Shown here: positions 9,959-19,820 of the stretch, piece by piece
Layout of the letters: the number at the start of each line of letters is the position of its first letter
How positions within the stretch are numbered: the first letter of the stretch is position 1
Source: Candidatus Latescibacterota bacterium
GTDB lineage: Bacteria > Latescibacterota > UBA2968 > SICM01
Direction: 5' to 3'
Length of the DNA: 64,000 nt
NCBI GenBank assembly: GCA_965217865.1
Contig: CBDCJO010000002.1
Coordinates: forward strand, 1,280,001-1,344,000
Program-made: the position numbers and the translations under genes
Notes under the pieces: model-generated
The model's input: only the letters and a program-made list of their open reading frames with translations
What the model was told of the DNA's origin: nothing
Databases searched by the model: none

Positions 9959-10302
9959 CTAGGCGTGGACTTCAAGGCCTTCAGCCTTGGCCAGCGGCAT
10001 GATTCGCTCAAGCCACGGCTCCTTCACCGGCAGGTGCCCGCTTCCGTAGAACGCTTCCCAGCTGTTGAATACCTCCGGTACAATGACGTCCAGGCCGTGG
10101 AATCGCCAGTGGGAAAATCGCCGTCGCCACTCATCGTCAGTAGCCTGCAAGCCGGCCGCAATAGAGATCCAGTGCTTGGTCGGGACATTACCCCGGTGCA
10201 GGATTGGCGCCGTGCAACCGAGCTTCCAACCTCCCGCGACGAGGGCTGTGGTCTTAAGAAACTGCCGTCGGTCCATTCCTGTCCCTTCATCAACCATGTC
10301 TG

Positions 10303-11265
10303 TCATCGGTTACTAAGTGGGCGGTTGGGGGTCGATTGCACATCATAGTTGATGAACGACAAGATCAATTGGCTTCCAAGAATCACGGGTAAAGCTGCCA
10401 GCATAACGGTCCCGCTGGGGGCGTTGGTTCCCTGCCGTATATATTCTATCCACCGGGTAATTCCAAACCAGACACCAAAGGAGAAAAACCCGATGCCCAA
10501 AAGCAGTTCGAGAGAGGCGATATTGAAATCCCTAAGATAGTAGTTGTAGAAGATACGCTTGATAAAATTTCGCAGGTGATTTATCAAGAAGACCGGTATC
10601 TCTCTAAGAATGTTCAGATTGCTTTTCTCTTCGCCATAGCTGTCATTCATCGGGACATCAACCACCATCGCTCGAACGAGATTGAGCCGGAAGAGCATGT
10701 CGCTCTCAAAAAAATAGCGTTGATGTATCTTTTCTGAAGTGAGCAAGGAAAAAACATCCCGGTGGATGGCAATATAGCCGTTTGTGGGGTCGAACAAATT
10801 CCAGTAACCACTGGAGAGCTTAGAAAGAAAAGAGAGTGCAGCGTTTCCCACGATTCGCATAAGAGGCATTCCTTTGATATTTTGCGGATTGTGGAAACGG
10901 TTGCCTTTGGTATAGTCCGCACGTCCCTCCTCGATGGGAATCGTGAACCGATGTAGAATCGCCGGATCCATCTGCCCGTCACCGTCGATCTTTACGAGAA
11001 TTTCGGCACCATCCTTCGCCGCACGGGCGAAACCGGTTAAGGTTGCGCCGCCTACCCCTCGGTTCTCCTCGTGATAGATCACCTCCACGCGAGAGCTGTT
11101 GATATGTTCGGCAACATACCGTCCGCTTCCCTCCGGACAGGCATCGTCCACGATGTAAATTCGGAAGGCTTGCTCTCCGATCCCCTCTACGACGGACAGG
11201 ATATGTCTCCTAACCTTGTAACATGGAATGATTACTGCAACGGACGGTGCGGTTCCTTCCTCCAT
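10303..11265 (-). CDS. Glycosyltransferase family 2 with C-terminal TM helices
   Basis: VIIPCY, VDDACP, KIDGDGQ, KGNRF and YFFESDML. Confidence 0.92.
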   Translation of the reverse strand: MEEGTAPSVAVIIPCYKVRRHILSVVEGIGEQAFRIYIVDDACPEGSGRYVAEHINSSRVEVIYHEENRGVGGATLTGFARAAKDGAEILVKIDGDGQMDPAILHRFTIPIEEGRADYTKGNRFHNPQNIKGMPLMRIVGNAALSFLSKLSSGYWNLFDPTNGYIAIHRDVFSLLTSEKIHQRYFFESDMLFRLNLVRAMVVDVPMNDSYGEEKSNLNILREIPVFLINHLRNFIKRIFYNYYLRDFNIASLELLLGIGFFSFGVWFGITRWIEYIRQGTNAPSGTVMLAALPVILGSQLILSFINYDVQSTPNRPLSNR

Positions 11266-11267
11266 GC

Positions 11268-12668
11268 CTATCCTTCCCTTTTGGGTTTGAGCGATGGTGC
11301 GAGTTTAATCGCATAAAAACAGTAGAGGGGGAGTAGCAGACCCGTCACATGTAAGAAGAATCTTCCCACATTGGTTCCAACTAAAGTGAATTCTACATTT
11401 GCGGTAAAGTTGGAGAGGTAGACGATGCATATGACGATAGAAAAAAGATAGACCGTCAGCGCTTTGACATTCGCGTTGCCCTTCCGGATTAACAATGAGA
11501 CACCCAGAACAAAGAAGAACCACCAAAAGATATTGAAAATACCCCAGCCGAAGAGAAACCCATAGGTCATGCGGAACGCGTCGGGATCAAAAGCATGAGG
11601 GACAAGCAATTCAAGTCTTGGAGAATGAGGGGCTAGCAATCCAAGTCTGGTGCCTAGATTTATGATGAGTTCATCTCCGATCCAATAGTAAATAGTCAAC
11701 AAAACCACCGCCATTATTATCTGTACAGAAAATATTCTTTTCCACGGGATGTTCTTGTCGCGATTCAGGTAGCAACTGAGCCAGATCAAGCCCAACCAAA
11801 ATGCCCACATTTTTCCTTCCATCTTGGTGAGGATGCTGCCCAGAATAGCGGTAATACCGATGATTAACCACAGGGAATCCGGTTTCTTCCCACCCAGGAA
11901 TGCGAGGGTGAGAAACCCCATTCCCATCAGGAAAAAGTAACCCACCGGCAGGTCGTTGAAGCCGATCCGAATGGCGTGCATAACGGCGAGGGGGATGGCC
12001 GAGAAGAGGTATGCGCACGCCAGCGAGGCGGTCAGATTCCGGGTAATTCGTAGGCAAACCGTGAAGACGATTCCTATACTTGAGAGATAGACCATCAGCC
12101 ACGGCAGACCTAAGACGCTGTCGCGCCAACGATCGAGGAAAAGCCTCACCCAGGCAAAGAGGAGAGGCGGTCCCCAGGGGGAGTCAATCGGATGTCCTTT
12201 AAGGACTTCGGAGGGGGTGACCCCCTCGCCGATTTTTTTCGCGAAGCCCACATAGCCGATGTGATATGCCGCATCCGAATCGATGACCGAGTTGACAAGG
12301 TTGACATAGACCACCAGACCCACCTTGATCAGGATCAGTGCGAGGAGGAGTCCGTCGTACCAATGCGGCCGATGCTCGATAATGACCATCGGTTCCCCCC
12401 GTGCCGCCTGGATATGGCACCGGATACCGAATGCGGTTAGTGCCAACAAAACCCCCGATACCACCATGTGCCAACCGGTCACCATCCATTCCGTGCGCAC
12501 CAACAAGTGGCCGAAAAAGTAGAGGATTACGACGCCGATGCCCCAGGCAAAGGGGACCCACGACAACCATTGGATACGCTCCCGAAAGGAGACGATCTGG
12601 AGAAGGCCCAGCCCCCCTAGAATCAACAGGAGTTGGCTGAACAGAGCAATTCCAAACACCTTAATCAT
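11268..12668 (-). CDS. Multi-pass membrane protein, possible GT-C glycosyltransferase
   Basis: Many hydrophobic segments, loop motifs IDSDA, NDLP and TKMEG; adjacent to the GT2 gene. Confidence 0.6.
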   Translation of the reverse strand: MIKVFGIALFSQLLLILGGLGLLQIVSFRERIQWLSWVPFAWGIGVVILYFFGHLLVRTEWMVTGWHMVVSGVLLALTAFGIRCHIQAARGEPMVIIEHRPHWYDGLLLALILIKVGLVVYVNLVNSVIDSDAAYHIGYVGFAKKIGEGVTPSEVLKGHPIDSPWGPPLLFAWVRLFLDRWRDSVLGLPWLMVYLSSIGIVFTVCLRITRNLTASLACAYLFSAIPLAVMHAIRIGFNDLPVGYFFLMGMGFLTLAFLGGKKPDSLWLIIGITAILGSILTKMEGKMWAFWLGLIWLSCYLNRDKNIPWKRIFSVQIIMAVVLLTIYYWIGDELIINLGTRLGLLAPHSPRLELLVPHAFDPDAFRMTYGFLFGWGIFNIFWWFFFVLGVSLLIRKGNANVKALTVYLFSIVICIVYLSNFTANVEFTLVGTNVGRFFLHVTGLLLPLYCFYAIKLAPSLKPKREG

Positions 12669-12691
12669 GGATGATCTTTAGCAGTTTGGCG

Positions 12692-13837
12692 TTATGAGAA
12701 ACCTGTCCGATCGTTTCTACCTTGTGGGTTGCTTTGGTGTTCCCGGTGCTGGATGATTCCTAGGTTTCGATCGTGGATCAGTTTTCGGGGATGGTAGTAG
12801 AAGATAAATTGGGTATTCTCGTCAATATGGGCATTGTTCCCATAACGATCACGCACGTTGTCATACTCTCCATAGTATAGAAACCAAACCCAGTTGGTCT
12901 CGCCGCGAACGGGCCACGGAATCGGGTCGGGGAAGGCCACCGGGGTTCCGTTGGGAACATGCCTTTTCAGAAGGCGATCTAATCTTGCGAATTCCAGGCC
13001 GAAACGGGATCTATATTCCTCGAACCGGTCGACGTGCCAGGCCGAGATGGTGCTGCTATATTTAGCGTGTTTCAAGAGGGTATGATTGACCGTCACATCG
13101 AAGAGGACAAAGCAAGCAAGCGCCCCCCAGAAGAAAAGGAGAATTGTGTCCCGCCGTGTTCGGATCAGGACGATGGTACCGAGTAGCGCGGCAACGCTCC
13201 CTAACGCCGTACTCAGGGGGACGCCCAACACATCCAGACCATACTGGAAATTTATGGAGCTGACTTTTACTGGTTCCACAGTCCAGTACTCCTCCCATGC
13301 GACCCGAGCCAAGTCGATCAGATTCAGCTGGGAAAGGAGTGCGATTCGTCTGATCTCGGTATTGGTTTGCAGGATCAGGCCAAAGCGATTGATTTGTCCT
13401 TTGCCGGGAAAACGGTCGTCCCACGCATAGCGTTTGTTCCAAGGCCGATCGTTCTGGGTGTCTATCAGGATGGTGGAAGCCATCGCTGGGACCTTCACAG
13501 GAATCGTAAACGCATTTTCGATCTCCGGTATCCACACCAAGGACACAGTACGTTCTCCCGGTGTGGGTGCCAGCTCCACCTTGACATATGGCGTATCTTT
13601 CCACCGCAGTCCCCTGAGGGCCTTCTGCTCGTCCTTTGGGTGGCTTAGGAGAAAAGCGGTTGTGTCGACTTCGATCTCAAGCCCATCGAGGGTTTGGGTT
13701 GCAGCCTTCACCCCACCCTGTACCTGCCAATTATTTTGGACACAGAAATCATAGACGACTTTTTTGAAGAAAGGTTGGATGAGGAAATATCCAACTAATA
13801 GGATCGGCAAGGAGAACATTATCAAGCGGGTGGTCAT
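12692..13837 (-). CDS. Hypothetical membrane-anchored protein, possible late frameshift
   Basis: 381-aa ORF with an N-terminal anchor and two internal TM segments; first gene of the minus-strand unit. Confidence 0.65.
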   Translation of the reverse strand: MTTRLIMFSLPILLVGYFLIQPFFKKVVYDFCVQNNWQVQGGVKAATQTLDGLEIEVDTTAFLLSHPKDEQKALRGLRWKDTPYVKVELAPTPGERTVSLVWIPEIENAFTIPVKVPAMASTILIDTQNDRPWNKRYAWDDRFPGKGQINRFGLILQTNTEIRRIALLSQLNLIDLARVAWEEYWTVEPVKVSSINFQYGLDVLGVPLSTALGSVAALLGTIVLIRTRRDTILLFFWGALACFVLFDVTVNHTLLKHAKYSSTISAWHVDRFEEYRSRFGLEFARLDRLLKRHVPNGTPVAFPDPIPWPVRGETNWVWFLYYGEYDNVRDRYGNNAHIDENTQFIFYYHPRKLIHDRNLGIIQHREHQSNPQGRNDRTGFS

Positions 13838-14025
13838 AATCGGGCTTTCGAGCCTACGGTTGAATCATTCGACTTCCGTGATCGAGACGATCGGGTTTTC
13901 TAGCGGTTATTTGCATTATTTAGAGCATTAGACAGGAATGTCAAGAAAATTCGCTTCCATTTACCCAGGTTTTCCCCATCGTCTTGATTCCTTCCATTGC
14001 TCCGCATTTTTTATTTCATTTTCGT

Positions 14026-14073
14026 AAAAAAAAGCAGAGCCACAAGGCCTCCACACCTTGTATTAAACTCTGC
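14026..14073 (-). terminator. Probable intrinsic terminator
   Basis: GCAGAG/CTCTGC and ACAAGG/CCTTGT paired stems followed by T8 on the minus strand. Confidence 0.5.
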
Positions 14074-14149
14074 CGGGGCGACCCGATCTGAGCCGTCCGA
14101 TGCTTACCGATCCCAAATTATTTCTCGGCCGTCTACCTTATCCTCGACC

Positions 14150-15643
14150 CTACTTGATGACCCTCCGGAACTGGATGTCTACCGGGAGAAAGAAAGTCAC
14201 TGGAAGTGATCCGATAGCCCCCTGGGATTCGAGATCCACGACCTTTACACCTACCTCAACACCCCCGTTCTGTGTGACAAACATGGCGTACGCCGTCTTT
14301 CCATCCGGTGCGACGCCGAACACATCAACATCCACCCCCAGTTCAATGCGGTCCACCGTCCCTGTCTCTGTATCAAGGATGATAAACTCGCCGATGAGGG
14401 TCGGAACCCCTTCGGAGGACCCGGGGACGATGGTCAGGATGTTTCGAAGCAGGGTTGCGTAGACCGTCTTCCCGTTAGACGAGACATCCACACCCTTGAT
14501 TCTTGACTCCCGATGGGGTTCGTCCGGTTTCGTCGCAAAAAACTCGATAACCTCATCGGTCTCTATGTCCACGACGCTTATGGTATCGCCAATCTCGTTA
14601 CTCAGATAAGCTCTCTTCCCATCCGGCGCCATGGCGATCCACGCCGGGTTCGAGTTTGGTATGAAGATGGAATCTTTCAAAACCTCCGCTAACAGATCGA
14701 TGACGAGTAATTGATCCGTTCGATTCCCGACATAGGCTTTCTGCCCATCCGTTGTGAGCGTGATACCTCTCGGACTCCCGGGAAGGGGGATGAACTTAGC
14801 CTGATTTTTGGATGTCAGGTCTACGACTGCCACACCCCGGGTATCCCCAAGGAATGGTAACACGTCCACGGTGACATAGCCCCGCTGACCGTCTGGAGAA
14901 ATCGCGATTTTGAATCCGTTCTCTATAGGCAAGGAAAATTCGAATGTGCCGTCCGGCTGAAAGGCCCTGAAGGAATCCGTGCTGGCAACATAAAGAAAGC
15001 TGCCGTTCGGCGAGAAAGCGAGGCCCCTGGGTTGGGGGACATTAATCGTACCCACGCTCAGATTATCCCGCAGGTTGACGATCTCGATCGTCCCCTTAAA
15101 AAGAGGGCCCCCAAACTGGTCCGCGATGTAGGCGGTTACTTCCTCTGTAGCGCCACCCCCCTCCTCCCCTTCTTTCTTCCCGAAATCCGCCGCGAAAAGA
15201 AAGAAGTCATCAAAGTTGATCATTCCGTTGTCGTCGAGGTCGAGCTTCGCGTCGAAAATCTCTTCTCCTTGCTCTGTCCCGAAAACCGCCGCGAACAGAA
15301 AAAAGTCTTCAAGATCCACAGATCCGTCGCGATCAAAGTCGGCCTTCAAAGGGGTCGCCTGACTGGGTGAAGGGGCGCCATACGGTGTTGCATCTGCACC
15401 GAGGACAACAACCGCATCCGCCTTTTCATCTGTGTTTTCTGGAACTTGAGAAAACAACGGATAAGAGATGATCCACAGGAGAGGGGTGCTCGACAGAATG
15501 AGCGTGAAGATTAACCCCCCTAAGCAGATGCGATACGCAGGCTTGAAGCAAGCCGGACTTCTGGACCGGAGGATGACCGCCAAACCGACGACTGCAACGA
15601 AAAAAAACGGGCTGAACAACAGCTCTTCGACCAGACCCCTCAA
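14150..15643 (-). CDS. Chimeric ORF: YdcF-like N-terminus, dockerin-like EF-hand pair and YncE/YVTN beta-propeller
   Basis: TMs then ADAVVVLG; DFDRDGSVDLEDFFLF and DLDDNGMINFDDFFLF; repeated [S/T]PDG..AYV blades; start placed at TTG 15643. Confidence 0.7.
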   Translation of the reverse strand: MRGLVEELLFSPFFFVAVVGLAVILRSRSPACFKPAYRICLGGLIFTLILSSTPLLWIISYPLFSQVPENTDEKADAVVVLGADATPYGAPSPSQATPLKADFDRDGSVDLEDFFLFAAVFGTEQGEEIFDAKLDLDDNGMINFDDFFLFAADFGKKEGEEGGGATEEVTAYIADQFGGPLFKGTIEIVNLRDNLSVGTINVPQPRGLAFSPNGSFLYVASTDSFRAFQPDGTFEFSLPIENGFKIAISPDGQRGYVTVDVLPFLGDTRGVAVVDLTSKNQAKFIPLPGSPRGITLTTDGQKAYVGNRTDQLLVIDLLAEVLKDSIFIPNSNPAWIAMAPDGKRAYLSNEIGDTISVVDIETDEVIEFFATKPDEPHRESRIKGVDVSSNGKTVYATLLRNILTIVPGSSEGVPTLIGEFIILDTETGTVDRIELGVDVDVFGVAPDGKTAYAMFVTQNGGVEVGVKVVDLESQGAIGSLPVTFFLPVDIQFRRVIK

Positions 15644-15680
15644 CCTCTTCCTCCGATGAATACCAGTACGTTTATCGACT

Positions 15681-16595
15681 TTACCGGATCTCCGCAAGAA
15701 TCCTTTTCGACACCTTGCACACCATCGTATAGGCCGGATCAAATATATTTCCAAGGTCGTATTCCACGCACTGGCCTAACAGGATGTGAGCCGACCGAGC
15801 GTCCAAGTCGTAATCCTGTTCAAGCCACCGCACCATCTCCGACGTTGCGTGTTGTACGCACTGATCGAGCGGGCGGGCGTTTCCAATCGTCATGATATAA
15901 TCCTCATTTTCCGCCCTCGGCCATTCGATCTGTCTCCCCTTGATCAGGCCGACCGTAAACGAAACATCGAAGGAGATCTCGATCCCGGTACCAACGATCT
16001 CCCCATCCCCCTGAAGCGCGTGTCCATCCCCGAGGTGGAATAGCGCCCCGGGAACGAAAACGGGGAGATATACGGTCACCCCCTCGACAAACCCCCGATA
16101 GTCCATGTTCCCCCCGTGAGTGGAAGAGATGGCCGTGGAAATGGCCTGCCCCCAGGGCGGCGCTACACCGAAACAACCCAGCATCGGGGACAATGGGAGG
16201 GAGAGGCTGCCTAATTTTGTCTGGGGTTCAATCATCGTGGCTTTACCCTCCTCGAGATCCACCTCCCACTTGGACAACATTCGTTCCGGGCTCTCTTGGA
16301 CGTGGTCGGGTTCCAGAACGTTCGGCGCAATGACGGTAGCGCTGAAACCAAACTTCCTGTTGGGCGTTAACCGGTCAAAGTGAACCGAGAGGGTGTCACC
16401 CGGCTCTGCGCCCCTGACAAAAAAGGGGCCGGTCTGTGGATTCCCGCCCGCCGTCACCTGATCACTCGAAGCGTCCCCTCCCCTTGCGTCCACCGTCGTG
16501 GTGATAACCGTGTCGCCGGATGTGATTGTCAAGACCGGTTCGTGTGCTCCAATCGCTCTATGATACGTACTGGGTTCAAATCTGTGTGTAGCCAT
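15681..16595 (-). CDS. Acetamidase/formamidase family protein
   Basis: NPQTGPFFVRGAEPGDTL, HGGNMD and LGDGHALQGDGEI. Confidence 0.92.
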   Translation of the reverse strand: MATHRFEPSTYHRAIGAHEPVLTITSGDTVITTTVDARGGDASSDQVTAGGNPQTGPFFVRGAEPGDTLSVHFDRLTPNRKFGFSATVIAPNVLEPDHVQESPERMLSKWEVDLEEGKATMIEPQTKLGSLSLPLSPMLGCFGVAPPWGQAISTAISSTHGGNMDYRGFVEGVTVYLPVFVPGALFHLGDGHALQGDGEIVGTGIEISFDVSFTVGLIKGRQIEWPRAENEDYIMTIGNARPLDQCVQHATSEMVRWLEQDYDLDARSAHILLGQCVEYDLGNIFDPAYTMVCKVSKRILAEIR

Positions 16596-16628
16596 CTTCC
16601 CTCTCCAATGATCTGTTCATCGCGTTTG

Positions 16629-17705
16629 TTAAGAGAGCTTGACATCTTTTCGCCTGAAATTTGAAATCTTCTGCCATTGGCCTTTCCAAAAGGACTCCCC
16701 ACCGACAAAGAAGATAACCGCGGCCTGTAAAATCGTTACGAGATCCCTTGGCACCCCTGCCGTTAGCTGGAGAAACCGGTCAGCCGTTCGAAATCCACCA
16801 AACAGGAGGGCCGTTACGATGACACCCATGGGATGGTTACGAGCGAGGAGGGCAACCGCAATACCGTCGAACCCGTAACCCGGAGAGAACTGCGCGTAAA
16901 ACGTGCCGTGGACGCCACAAACCTCAACCGCCCCCGCCAGACCCGCAAGCCCCCCGCTTATCGTTAGAGTCTGGATAGTGATCCGATCCACGTTGATACC
17001 GGAGCTGAAGCTGGCCACAGGATTGTGACCCACCGCTCGCACCTCGAACCCATATGGGGTGTCAAACAGAAGGATACAGAGGAGACCGCAGAGAATTAAA
17101 GCGATTAGCAGACCCGCATTAACACCCACGGGTGGGACACTCCACAGGACAGGAAGGACGGCGCTCTCGGCGATATCCTGCGTCCGAGACGCCGCTTCCG
17201 AAGCTGCCATCGGTCCGTTTACGAGGTAGCCCGTCAAGTGAATAGCGATATAGTTCATTAATATCGTGTTGATGACTTCGTGGACCCCTCGCCGGGCCTT
17301 GAGCCATCCGGGAATCGCCCCCCAGATGGCCCCCGCACAGGTCCCCGCCAAAAGCGCCATCGGAAGATGGACGACGCCCGGAAGCCGAATAAATCCTATG
17401 CCCACAGCGGCGGCGGCGACTCCTCCAACGTAGAGCTGCCCTTCTCCACCTATATTGAACAGACCCGCCCGAAGTCCAAACGCCACGGCCAAACCGACGA
17501 ACATCAGGGGAGTCGCCTTCATCAGTGTAGAGGTGATCCCTTCGGCCGAACCGAAGGCACCGACAAACAGAGCCCCCATGGCCCTGGAGGGATCTCCACC
17601 CGAGAGGGTAACCACAACACCGCATACGGCCAGAGAAAGAAAAAGCGGGAACAAGATCGAAAAAACCCGTTGCGCCTTCGCCCGCAAATTTCTCATAAGC
17701 TTCAC
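16629..17705 (-). CDS. Nucleoside/sugar ABC transporter permease (NupB-like)
   Basis: GLFNIGGEGQ, HEVINTILMNY and GYGFDGIAVALL. Confidence 0.9.
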   Translation of the reverse strand: MKLMRNLRAKAQRVFSILFPLFLSLAVCGVVVTLSGGDPSRAMGALFVGAFGSAEGITSTLMKATPLMFVGLAVAFGLRAGLFNIGGEGQLYVGGVAAAAVGIGFIRLPGVVHLPMALLAGTCAGAIWGAIPGWLKARRGVHEVINTILMNYIAIHLTGYLVNGPMAASEAASRTQDIAESAVLPVLWSVPPVGVNAGLLIALILCGLLCILLFDTPYGFEVRAVGHNPVASFSSGINVDRITIQTLTISGGLAGLAGAVEVCGVHGTFYAQFSPGYGFDGIAVALLARNHPMGVIVTALLFGGFRTADRFLQLTAGVPRDLVTILQAAVIFFVGGESFWKGQWQKISNFRRKDVKLS

Positions 17706-19228
17706 GACTTCACATCGTCATTTTGACCGGCCAACATCAGACTCCCCAACACCCCCTCATCCACGTCCCGGCGGGGTAAATCCGCTACGATTCGTCCCTT
17801 GACCATCACAAGGACCCGATCGGAAAGGCTCAGAATCTCTTCCAAATCCTGGGAAATCAACATGACCCCGCTTCCGCGATCCCGAGCCGTTATAAGCTCT
17901 TGCCTGACAAATGCCGTCCCCCGAATATCCAATCCCCGCGTTGGTTGAACGGCCAGGATAAATTCGGGATTGCTTCCAAGTTCACGGCCTACCACCACTT
18001 TCTGACGGTTCCCCCCAGATAGCGAACGGATAGGACTCCCCAGATCGGCTGCATCCACTTCGAATCGGGAGATCAGAGATTCTGCGTGCGAACGGATTTC
18101 CTTCCGGTCAAATCGGAGTCCCTTGCGGTAGCCCTTATCCAGATGGTAACCCAGTATCGTATTCTCCACAACCGAGAAAGGTAAAATCAGGCCCTCCAAC
18201 TCACGATCCTCGGGGATCCAGACAATCCCTTTTTCCCGGAGTTCAGAAGCGTCGCTCCCGGTGATATCCTCCCCCCGGTAAATGATTTTACCCGATGCTA
18301 CCGACAAACATCCCATCAGGGTCCGCGCCAACTCAGTCTGGCCATTGCCCAATACCCCGGCAACACCCACGATTTCCCGTCGTCGCAGGGTGAAAGAGAC
18401 CCCGTTGAGACCGTGGACATCCGGAGGGGAATCGAGATTTCGGCCTTCCAGAAGAACCTCCCCCGGATCCAACCGACGTGTCGGATGCACTTCGGAAAAC
18501 GTTCCCTCCCCGACGATGGCGCGAACCAGGTCCGCTTCAAGATTGTCTTTTACTTCAAACCGACCCGTTATCCGGCCGCGGCAAAGAACGGTTGCCCGAT
18601 CCGCATGAGCCATCACCTCGGATATCCGGTGCGTGACGAATACGACAGTCAATCCTTCCGACTTAAGGCGCCCCACGATGTCGAACAACCTCCGACCTTC
18701 CTCCGGCGAGAGAGCAGAGGTGGGTTCGTCCAGAACCAGACATTTCGCGTGTCGATAAAGGCCTTTCATGATCTCCACCATCTGCTGTTGACCCACCGGG
18801 AGTTCATCTGCCCGGTCCCTTGGACTTAGGGGAACTCCGAGACGGGAGATCAGAGATTGGACTTTTCCTTCCATACCCCTATGGTCCAGGAAAGGCCCTC
18901 GTCGAGGTTCAGCCCCCAGGACCACGTTTTGTGCCACGCTTAAGGTTGGAACCACTGCGAAATGCTGCTGAACGATCACGATGCCACGGGCAAGGACCTG
19001 TCGGGGGTCACCGGAAGGAACGGGATCTCCATCGATGATAATCTCTCCGGATGTCGGGGAGGTCAACCCGCAGAGGATGTTGACGAGGGTCGACTTGCCC
19101 GCGCCGTTTTCTCCGACCAGAGCGTGAACCTCTCCGGTCCGCACGTCGAAATCGACGTCGTTGACGGCAACGAGCTCACCATAATATTTGGTGATGCTCC
19201 GCATCTTCACGAAATGGTTTTCATACAA
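17702..19228 (-). CDS. Nucleoside/sugar ABC transporter ATP-binding protein with tandem NBDs (NupA-like)
   Basis: GENGAGKST, LDEPT, LSGGNRQK and QPTRGLD; start placed at TTG 19228. Confidence 0.9.
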   Translation of the reverse strand: MYENHFVKMRSITKYYGELVAVNDVDFDVRTGEVHALVGENGAGKSTLVNILCGLTSPTSGEIIIDGDPVPSGDPRQVLARGIVIVQQHFAVVPTLSVAQNVVLGAEPRRGPFLDHRGMEGKVQSLISRLGVPLSPRDRADELPVGQQQMVEIMKGLYRHAKCLVLDEPTSALSPEEGRRLFDIVGRLKSEGLTVVFVTHRISEVMAHADRATVLCRGRITGRFEVKDNLEADLVRAIVGEGTFSEVHPTRRLDPGEVLLEGRNLDSPPDVHGLNGVSFTLRRREIVGVAGVLGNGQTELARTLMGCLSVASGKIIYRGEDITGSDASELREKGIVWIPEDRELEGLILPFSVVENTILGYHLDKGYRKGLRFDRKEIRSHAESLISRFEVDAADLGSPIRSLSGGNRQKVVVGRELGSNPEFILAVQPTRGLDIRGTAFVRQELITARDRGSGVMLISQDLEEILSLSDRVLVMVKGRIVADLPRRDVDEGVLGSLMLAGQNDDVKS

Positions 19229-19565
19229 TGTGAGCAATCTCCCTCGGCAACTTAAATGTCCCATCTTCACTCGGTTCAAACTCAAGAACCCGGATGACGG
19301 CATCCGTATTCAGCGGTCCGTAAATATGAGGGAACCGATCCCCTTCGCCGGCATCTTCATATCGAATCTCCTCTCGGACCTTTTCTGAGTCGATACAGAG
19401 AAGTACCATCCCTCTATTTCCCCGAAAAAGCCTGTTCGCAACTCTGATAATTTGGCCTGGGGTGGAGGAATGAATAAAGCCCTGAGAATCCAGCTTATCA
19501 CCTCGATATAACCCACGCAATTTTTCACGCTCCCATTGTTGACGACGAGCAATATGTAAGATCAA
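19221..19565 (-). CDS. DUF952 domain protein
   Basis: ILHI, GFIH.ST and FPHIYGPLN. Confidence 0.9.
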   Translation of the reverse strand: MILHIARRQQWEREKLRGLYRGDKLDSQGFIHSSTPGQIIRVANRLFRGNRGMVLLCIDSEKVREEIRYEDAGEGDRFPHIYGPLNTDAVIRVLEFEPSEDGTFKLPREIAHIV

Positions 19566-19820
19566 TCCCTTTCCCTTTCTCCAAAAGCAACTGGATGACG
19601 ATCTCCATATATTATGTTATTCTGATGCATTCGCTTCCTTATCCAAATTGTTCAACAATCTCACGATGCGGGGATCGTCTGGGGCAATGGAGCGGGCTTT
19701 CTCGAAAAACTCTCTGGCCTTTTTAAAGTCCTTCAACTGTTCCTGATAGACCTGCCCTGCCAGAGCGTAAACGATATAATTTCCGGGATCAAAATCTATG
19801 ACGCGATTATAGAAGCTTAG

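Larger units (their letters stand above)
7631..10276 (-). pseudogene. Tat-exported glycoside hydrolase-like 10 (GHL10/DUF187) gene split by IS copy 1
   Basis: N-part 10276-9962 (DRRQFLK signal ... GLEVHA) and C-part 8428-7631 (HPEWF, FLCPS, LDVIR, AAVF, PMLY) rejoin in frame across CTAG. Confidence 0.8.
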
